DNA from: Candidatus Latescibacterota bacterium | GTDB lineage: Bacteria; Latescibacterota; UBA2968 | Assembly: GCA_965207885.1 (NCBI GenBank) | Contig: OZ242311.1 | Coordinates: 5,056,001 to 5,120,000 of the forward strand | Direction: 5' to 3' | Length of the DNA stretch: 64,000 nt | Program-made: the position numbers and the translations under genes | The notes under the pieces: generated by a model | Told to the model about the DNA's origin: nothing | What the model saw: only the letters and a program-made list of their open reading frames with translations | The model's database searches: none | Part shown: positions 57,424 to 64,000 of the stretch, in pieces | How positions within the stretch are numbered: position 1 is the first letter of the stretch | Layout of the letters: every line of letters begins with the position of its first letter

Positions 57424-58206
57424 TTATGAATATTTTGTACCAAAAATTCTGGCAAAGATAAGGAAATCGAAAAAATTAATAATACCATCCCCGCTCATAT
57501 CCATACGGGCATCGTAATTGGCATCTGATGAAGACACGCCAAAAACGCCAACAAAGGCGAGAAAATCGGCAAAATCAACGTTGAGGTCGCCATCGAAATC
57601 GCCCAAATAGGATGTAGGGACAGTCGAAACATTCCACAGCAGAACGGTGTTATCATTACTCCCACTGGCAAGAATGCTACCATTGGGCGAAAAAGACACG
57701 GAACCGACACTCCTCCCATGTCTATGTGTTGCCTTGAGTTGGCCGGTATTCACATCCCAAAATTGAGTGGTGGAATCACTACTCGCGCTGGCGAGGGTAC
57801 TACCATCAGAAGAAAAAGACATGGAATAGACACCACCAGTATGCCATGTGAGTATTGTTCTGGTTTTTCCTGTGAGTGTATCCCACAACCGAACGGTTTT
57901 ATCCTCACTCCTACTGGCGATGGTGCTACCATCAGGAGAAAAGGACACAGAATAGACTTTACCAGTATGCCCTGTACCTGTAAGTAAGTGGATTTCGGCA
58001 CCGGTCCGTGCATCATATAGCCCAATACCGGCTTCACCTGCTACTGCGAGCCAGGTGCCATCTGGCGAATACGCGATATCAGATACACGGCCAAGGCCAA
58101 GACCGAGGCATCCTTTTGCCCCTTCAGGCAATTGGACATGGTCGGCATGGGCAGTTGTGAGACACAGCATGGAAATGATAGCAGCTAAAAATGGCAGACG
58201 TTTCAT
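57424..58206 (-). CDS. Secreted WD40-repeat protein with C-terminal EF-hand/dockerin-like module
   Basis: Signal peptide MKRLPFL..AHA; about four GH..V.SVSFSPDG..ASxSxD.T..W repeats; GDFDGDLNVDFADFL..DMSGDGIINFFDFL. Confidence 0.88.
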   Translation of the reverse strand: MKRLPFLAAIISMLCLTTAHADHVQLPEGAKGCLGLGLGRVSDIAYSPDGTWLAVAGEAGIGLYDARTGAEIHLLTGTGHTGKVYSVSFSPDGSTIASRSEDKTVRLWDTLTGKTRTILTWHTGGVYSMSFSSDGSTLASASSDSTTQFWDVNTGQLKATHRHGRSVGSVSFSPNGSILASGSNDNTVLLWNVSTVPTSYLGDFDGDLNVDFADFLAFVGVFGVSSSDANYDARMDMSGDGIINFFDFLIFARIFGTKYS

Positions 58207-59863
58207 AATGTGATTCTCCGCGCAACTTGCACTACTTTTGAGACTTAAAAAACCGCAACGTATCTGCTGGCGTATTGGGCGCAACACCTTCGGGCAGAAC
58301 GAGAGTGACAGCCCCATCAGAAGTATCGGCAATACCGCTCCGCAAATTCACAGTATGCGCGGCAACTTCTGCAGGCGTGATAAAGTCCCGCGACGGTTTA
58401 CCTATACTTTTCATAAACGCAGCCCATATCGGTGCAGCACCACTCCCGCCGGTAATCTGGCGTCTGCTCCTCTTCTCGATCAGCCTGCGGCCACCCTCGC
58501 GGTTGTCAAAACCAATCCACACACTGGCGACCAGGTCGGGTGTAAAACCCGTGAACCAGGCATCCGTATTGTCATTTGTAGTCCCAGTTTTCCCCGCAGC
58601 AGCACCCTGAAACCCAAACGCGCGAATCGCGCGACCCGTGCCGTGGTTGACAACATGCTGCATCAAATTGACCATAATCACCGCATGTTCGGGATCGACA
58701 ACGAGCATGGGATTTGGTCGATGCTCATAGTGTATTTCCCCTGTAGTATCCTCAATCCGCGCAATAAACGTCGGCATCACGCGAAAACCGTAAAGGGCAA
58801 TCGCGCCATAGGCAACCGCCATATCGAGCAACGTAACTTCCTGTGCGCCCAGGGCAATACTGGGATACGGTCTGAGCCGACTCTGAATACCCAGACGCTG
58901 AGCCAGATCGACAATGCGTTCGGGACCTATCTCCATTGCAATTTGCACACTCGTCGCATTTGCCGACTTGACCAGTGCATTCGCCGCAGTGGTAAGCCCC
59001 AGATACTGGTCTGCAAAATTCCTGGGCGACCAGTCCTCATCGTTTACGCGATAGGTGCGCAACGTATCATTAAAAAGAGAAACCGGCGAAAAAGCACCGC
59101 TTTCAAAAGCCGCCAGATACACAAAAGGCTTAAAACCCGAACCCGGTTGACGCCGCGCTTGCGTGGCCCGGTTGTAATAACTGATAAAAATATCGCGCCC
59201 ACCCACCATCGCTTTGACATATCCAGTGCGCGGATCCAGGCAGATCAACGCACCCTGGACATAATCGGCGCGCTGATCAGATGATGCACTGCCATACTCT
59301 GAAAAACCCAGACGCGCATCCAGATCCGCCAAACCCCTGGCCACGGCTCGTTCGGCAGCCTGTTGCATAGACAAATCGAGCGTCGTATAAATATTCAAAC
59401 CGCCAAAACTCAGCGCCGACGCCCCCCACAGGCGTGTAACCTCGGCTTTAATCGTCTCGACAAAGTACGGAGTCCGATTCTGGGGCATACGTCCAGAAAC
59501 GAGTTTCAAATCCGAAGCCAGTGCATCCTGGACTTCCTCTGAACGAATAAAACCCAATGCCTGCATGCGGTTTAAAACGAGCGTAGCACGCGCCAGAACG
59601 CGAGATTGGTCTTTGCGAAAAGGATTGAGCACACTCGGCGCATTGGGAAGCCCTGCAAGTATTGCAGATTCGAGAAGCGTAAGATCCGCGGCGCGCTTGC
59701 CAAAATAAGTCTGCGCTGCATCGGCAATACCATAAGCATTGGCACCGTAAAAACTGCCATTGATATAAATCTCGAACAATCGGTCTTTATAGCCCGCACC
59801 ATAGTGGCGTTCAAAAAGGGCTTCGAGTTGTGTAGCGAGAAGAATTTCTTTTAACTTTCGCAC

Positions 59864-61060
59864 TAAAGTACACGACAAAAAATAAAAGACCTGTGCAAAA
59901 CGTGAAAAAGAGTTAGGTTTGAATGTGTGAAAACGAACCTTCTCATCTCAACAAGGCACAGGTCTATGTCTCGTCAAGTTATACAACTTCACCATGTATT
60001 GCAAGGCCATTTTGGGTGGCATAAAGCACGCATCACTTTCACAGCGGCCTTCATCTTGTCTTTGGTCAAGCTGAGCAGGGTCAACTTCGCCAAATTGGCT
60101 AATGCGCTAAATGGACAGGTCAAACCGCAATCAAATTACCGCAGGATACAGCGTTTTTTCGCTGAGTTTGACATTCCTTATGAAGCCGTGACGCGACTGA
60201 TCTTGCACTTATTACCTATAAAGACCGATTTTGCAGTCTCAATAGATCGCACTAATTGGAAGTTAGGCAAATTCAATATCAACATCCTAACCGCAGGCAT
60301 TATCTATGAAGGGGTCGCCTTTCCTATGTGTTGGCACTTGTTAAAAAAACGAGGCAATTCCAATAGTGATGAGCGTATCAATTTGATGAAACAGGTGCTT
60401 ACGCGCATTCCCAAGTCTCATATCCGCGTTGTATTGGCAGATAGAGAATTCATTGGAAGAGAATGGTTTGCGTGGTTAGACACACAAAACATCCCTTTTG
60501 TCATCCGCATCAAGGAAAATGCCCTTGTCTCAAGGGCAGATAGAGAGATACCCATAAAAAAACTCTTTGAAAATTTGCACATCCATCAGCAGGTCAGCCT
60601 ACAAAGACCTCGCCGCGTTTATGACCTACCTGTGTATGTGTCTGCGCTAAGATTGAAGGATCAATACCTCATTCTTGCAAGCAACCAACAACGTCAAGTC
60701 GCATTGGAGGTGTATAAAAAACGTTGGGGCATTGAAGTCCTTTTTGCAAATTTGAAAAGTCGAGGATTTAATCTGGAAGAGACCCACCTTATACATCAAG
60801 ATCGCATTGAAAAACTCATCGCGCTTTTGGCTATTGCCTGCACCTGGGCCCATATCATCGGCGAATGGATCGCCCTTACAAAACCTTTGAAGGTCAAAAA
60901 CCACGGACGGATGGAAAAAAGTCTCTTCCGATATGGGTTGGACTATTTGCAGTATGTCCTGCTCAATATACACCAACAAGCCCAGCAGTTCCTCAAATGC
61001 ATTCGTTTACTGATTAATCCGCCAGATTTTAACCCGATTTAGGTTTTGTCGTGTACTATG
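59864..61060 (+). mobile_element. IS4-family insertion sequence, copy 2 (1197 bp)
   Basis: TIRs TAAAGTACACGACAAAA / TTTTGTCGTGTACTATG; 9-bp TSD CTTTCGCAC (59855-59863 and 61061-61069). Confidence 0.93.
59966..61042 (+). CDS. IS4-family DDE transposase (diverged paralogue of 22312-23388)
   Basis: IDRTNW, ADREF, YKKRWGIEVLF; collinear with copy 1 but with many substitutions. Confidence 0.93.
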   Translation: MSRQVIQLHHVLQGHFGWHKARITFTAAFILSLVKLSRVNFAKLANALNGQVKPQSNYRRIQRFFAEFDIPYEAVTRLILHLLPIKTDFAVSIDRTNWKLGKFNINILTAGIIYEGVAFPMCWHLLKKRGNSNSDERINLMKQVLTRIPKSHIRVVLADREFIGREWFAWLDTQNIPFVIRIKENALVSRADREIPIKKLFENLHIHQQVSLQRPRRVYDLPVYVSALRLKDQYLILASNQQRQVALEVYKKRWGIEVLFANLKSRGFNLEETHLIHQDRIEKLIALLAIACTWAHIIGEWIALTKPLKVKNHGRMEKSLFRYGLDYLQYVLLNIHQQAQQFLKCIRLLINPPDFNPI

Positions 61061-61494
61061 CTTTCGCACATAAAACTTTTCTCGCGTGAGAAAAATATTT
61101 TTCACAATCTGCTGCGTGATCGTGCTGCCGCCCCGCACCCTGCCCCAGTGTCGAATATTGCCCAAAAAAGCACCGGCCATACCTTTAATACTGTACCCGC
61201 GGTGATGATAAAAATCCGCATCTTCAATAGATAGCACAGCCTGAACAAAATGCGGATGCACCTCGTCGAGACCAACGCGCCCCACGCGTTGATTAACAGT
61301 ATAGAGCAACTCTCCAGAAGCCGCATAAATATTGATCCCGGACTCCGCCAATAAGCTATCGGGATCCTCGGGCAACCTCGGCAGGGTAATCACAAGCCAG
61401 CATGCTGCGCCCAACACAATCAGCAAAACATCGGCAATGATCAAAAGAGCGAGAAAGACGCCGCGATGTGAGATTAATTTCATAAGATACGCCA

Positions 61495-62349
61495 TTACTC
61501 CACAATTTCGGAAACAGCACCCGCCTCAATTTCAAAAACAACAGGTACCCGACTTCCCTCGCGGAAAAGTTCACCCCGAAAACGACCGAGATCGCGATAC
61601 AAGAAAATTTGCGCAATCTGCCCATTTTGATACGCAGTGATCAAGGCGTCTTTTTCACGCAGTCTCAAATCGGGAATAACCGCGGTGGCGAATTCGGAAA
61701 AAACAGCAGCCTTGAGCGAATCGGGATCGGTTACGCCCAGCGTGTCTGGCGCAACAGCCTCAATATCGCCAACCTGGGCGTACAGGTAATCGATCTGTTT
61801 GCGTACTTCCGCATGGAAATACACATCCGGCAAATACAATGCTTTGACAATCGCAAGCCCCTGGCGGTAAACGCGCAAACTGGCAATCACATCGCCGAGC
61901 GGTCTGGTATTGAGATCAACGCTGGGCAGTGGTATCTTGTAAATCGCGACATAGCCTGGAACACCAGATTCGGGCACGCGCGACCCCTCAAAACGACTGC
62001 GTATAACCGCATCGGGCAAACCCGCTCGTGGCACAGGCACAGGATCGGCTGTATCAATAGCTTGCTGGGTTCTCACCTGTGCTTGAATATCTTTCCAAAG
62101 TGCACCACTTTCTGGACGCAACGCATTGATCGAAAGCAAAAAGGCCCCAAGGCGTCGCGCAAACCAATTGGTCTGATATTCGCTCCAGGCAACGCCTGCA
62201 CCGAGCAAAGCGATGAGAACCAATGTCACCATCAACGAACGCAGATACCTTACGCGACGCAAAGCCACACGCACATCTCTGAGCCAGCGCTGAAAACACG
62301 CGCAAAAATAAAAAAATGCCGCCTTGATATTTTCGGGAAGTCGAATCAT
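61495..62349 (-). CDS. Hypothetical single-pass membrane protein, translationally coupled to PBP1A
   Basis: TM LMVTLVLIALLGAGVAW; stop overlaps the PBP start (TAATG); start uncertain (62349 or 62421). Confidence 0.7.
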   Translation of the reverse strand: MIRLPENIKAAFFYFCACFQRWLRDVRVALRRVRYLRSLMVTLVLIALLGAGVAWSEYQTNWFARRLGAFLLSINALRPESGALWKDIQAQVRTQQAIDTADPVPVPRAGLPDAVIRSRFEGSRVPESGVPGYVAIYKIPLPSVDLNTRPLGDVIASLRVYRQGLAIVKALYLPDVYFHAEVRKQIDYLYAQVGDIEAVAPDTLGVTDPDSLKAAVFSEFATAVIPDLRLREKDALITAYQNGQIAQIFLYRDLGRFRGELFREGSRVPVVFEIEAGAVSEIVE

Positions 62350-62502
62350 GTGAAAACTAAAATGGCACTCGAAAGTCGGCAAGTCAAAGAAAATGTAGCA
62401 CAGTACAATGTCTTGCTTCAAACCAAAGATGTATTACATTAAGTCATACGTGGTTTTAGGAAGAGAACTGCCCCCCAACAGCTAACAAACAGGAGCCATA
62501 CC

Positions 62503-63174
62503 ATGATAAAAATAGCAAAGGTCGAAAAGCGTTTCAAGAGTCCAGGTCCCCAGCCCAATGGTCTGCAAGCTGCGCCAGATGGCCTGTGGATTATCGACCA
62601 GGTAGATCTAAAAATATACAAAGTAGATTGGGAAACCGGCGACGTGCTATTTGAGGCGCAAACAGACACAGAGCATTCAAGTGGAATTACAGTCGGTGGC
62701 GGATATGTGTGGATTGCATCTACATTTGAATTGCAAATAGCAAAAGTCGATATGAAAACCGGCAAAACCATTGCAAAATACGACTCCCCAGGTGTTGGTG
62801 TCGCATCCTGGCGCGAGGGCCTGCCAGGAGCCTCAGAAACCGGCGCACACGGATTGGAATGGCGCAATGAAAAAATTTACATTGCGTCTCCCCCCTCCCA
62901 ATTTGTACATGTGGTAGATGCCGAAACCTGGACAGAAGAACACGCATTTCGAACACCTGGCCTCCGCAACCACGGATTGGCCTGGCAAGACGACAAACTA
63001 TGGGTAGCGGACACATCCGCAGGCACGGTAAACTTACTGGGCACGGCAGATGGCCGCGTGTACGACGTCATACGCGTAGAAGCACCCGACGAAGTCCATG
63101 GCATGACCATGTACGACGGCGTCCTGTGGTACTGCGACGCTCACAACTGCGATATCGGTCGATTAATCGTATAA
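62503..63174 (+). CDS. Beta-propeller protein (glutaminyl cyclase/NHL/SMP-30-like)
   Basis: Repeated PNGL, SSGIT, AHGLEW, NHGLAW..LWVAD and VHGMT blades; RBS AGGAG. Confidence 0.75.
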   Translation: MIKIAKVEKRFKSPGPQPNGLQAAPDGLWIIDQVDLKIYKVDWETGDVLFEAQTDTEHSSGITVGGGYVWIASTFELQIAKVDMKTGKTIAKYDSPGVGVASWREGLPGASETGAHGLEWRNEKIYIASPPSQFVHVVDAETWTEEHAFRTPGLRNHGLAWQDDKLWVADTSAGTVNLLGTADGRVYDVIRVEAPDEVHGMTMYDGVLWYCDAHNCDIGRLIV

Positions 63175-63189
63175 CAAAGAGAGATCAAA

Positions 63190-64000
63190 ATGACCTCCAA
63201 AGACTGCGAAGTTGCGGATATTGAACACATCCTTCTGCACGTCCCATTTCATCCGCGGTGTGCAAAAGTAAAACAAACTCGGGTACCGTTTTGGTCACTC
63301 GTGGATGTGTGCAAAATAACCACCTCTGCGGGCGTAACCGGATATGGCGAAACCCTGACGCGATATACCTGGGGACAATCAAATGAAAAGCAATTTGCCC
63401 GAGTACGCGGAAAGAATATATTCGATCATTTGTGGGATGACAGCCTGGGCGCCGGCTTGCAAATGGCACTCTTTGACGCAGCGGGAAAAACACTCGGTGT
63501 GCCGTGTCACAAACTGCTGGGCGCGCAATATCGAGACTCGTGCCCCGTATCGTGGTGGTCGCAAGACCGCACCCCTGAAGAATGGGCCATGGAAGCACAG
63601 GCAGCGATAGACCACGGATTCACCACAATGAAAGTAAAGACACGCCCCTGGTTTTATCCCGAAGAACAATTTGAAGCCATAAGAAGATCCGTACCGAATT
63701 ATTTCAAAATCGATGCAGACTTCAATGGCCTATTGCTCGGCGCAGACTACGCCGCACCCTTAATTCGGCGATTAGAAGATATGAACAGCCAACTTGCAAT
63801 GGTCGAAACACCAATCCCGCAAAACGACGTAGCGGGCAACGCCCTATTGCGGCAAAAAATCGCCAGTCCAATTGCCATGCACTTTGGCAACCCACCCTTT
63901 ATGACAGCCGTGCGCGAGGGCGTATGCGACGGATTTGTCGTAGGTGGTGGTGCGAATCGCGTGATGAAACAGGGCACCCTCGCCGCAGAAGCCAACATGC
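63190..64000 (+). CDS. Mandelate racemase/muconate lactonizing enzyme family protein, truncated by the window end
   Basis: Manual translation MTSKDCEVADIE..GVTGYGET..LQMALFDAAGKTLGVPCHKLLG..GFTTMKVK..DADFN..VETP; not in the ORF track. Confidence 0.88.
   Translation, partial: MTSKDCEVADIEHILLHVPFHPRCAKVKQTRVPFWSLVDVCKITTSAGVTGYGETLTRYTWGQSNEKQFARVRGKNIFDHLWDDSLGAGLQMALFDAAGKTLGVPCHKLLGAQYRDSCPVSWWSQDRTPEEWAMEAQAAIDHGFTTMKVKTRPWFYPEEQFEAIRRSVPNYFKIDADFNGLLLGADYAAPLIRRLEDMNSQLAMVETPIPQNDVAGNALLRQKIASPIAMHFGNPPFMTAVREGVCDGFVVGGGANRVMKQGTLAAEANM

Larger units (their letters stand above)
58232..61495 (-). pseudogene. Class A penicillin-binding protein (PBP1A family) interrupted by an IS
   Basis: EDADFYHH, GGSTITQQ..KN in 61495-61061; RKLKE, QPGSGFKP, SAN and KTGT in 59863-58232; removing the IS and one TSD joins ..FYVRK|LKEILL.. 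in frame (about 685 aa). Confidence 0.9.

Noticed and set aside
59864-61060. Self-splicing IStron or intron restoring PBP1A
   Set aside because: The element is almost entirely transposase with TIRs and a TSD, is antisense to the PBP gene, and has no room for a group I or II ribozyme.

Overview
Bacterial chromosomal window with about 55 genes, no rRNA, canonical tRNA, CRISPR or prophage. The gene mix (PhyH dioxygenases, sulfatase, enolase-superfamily enzymes, a WD40+EF-hand/dockerin secreted protein) suggests a diderm heterotroph of the Latescibacterota/Gemmatimonadota/Poribacteria type; this is an inference only. From left to right: (1) an ECF sigma / ActD-like anti-sigma / signal-peptide caspase (C14) operon with two caspase paralogues and an Omp85-like barrel; (2) housekeeping genes (S1-domain protein, GGQ rescue factor, thiL, His6-type hisA, M29 aminopeptidase, copA, LysM amidase); (3) a phage-shock-like locus of about 11 kb with a clean sigma-54 promoter, pspA, three PspB-like paralogues, an ECF sigma, NfeD, flotillin, a soluble TPR histidine kinase, a receiver-fused PspF-like activator and an IS-split PP2C phosphatase; (4) thiI, a divergent LysR/ino1 pair and catabolic genes; (5) two tandem tRNA-like RNAs (39736-39822 and 39844-39936) with an 8/4 allo-tRNA/tRNA-Sec-like fold, G3:U70, G73-CCA and a long variable arm but non-canonical anticodon loops, the most striking unexplained element; (6) a long minus-strand catabolic run including murG; (7) a fused toxin-antitoxin relic, a WD40 protein and a PBP1A gene split by a second IS4-family element. 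Both IS copies have 17-bp TIRs and 9-bp target duplications, and both host genes rejoin in frame when the IS is removed. All family assignments come from motif recognition by eye; no database searches were run.
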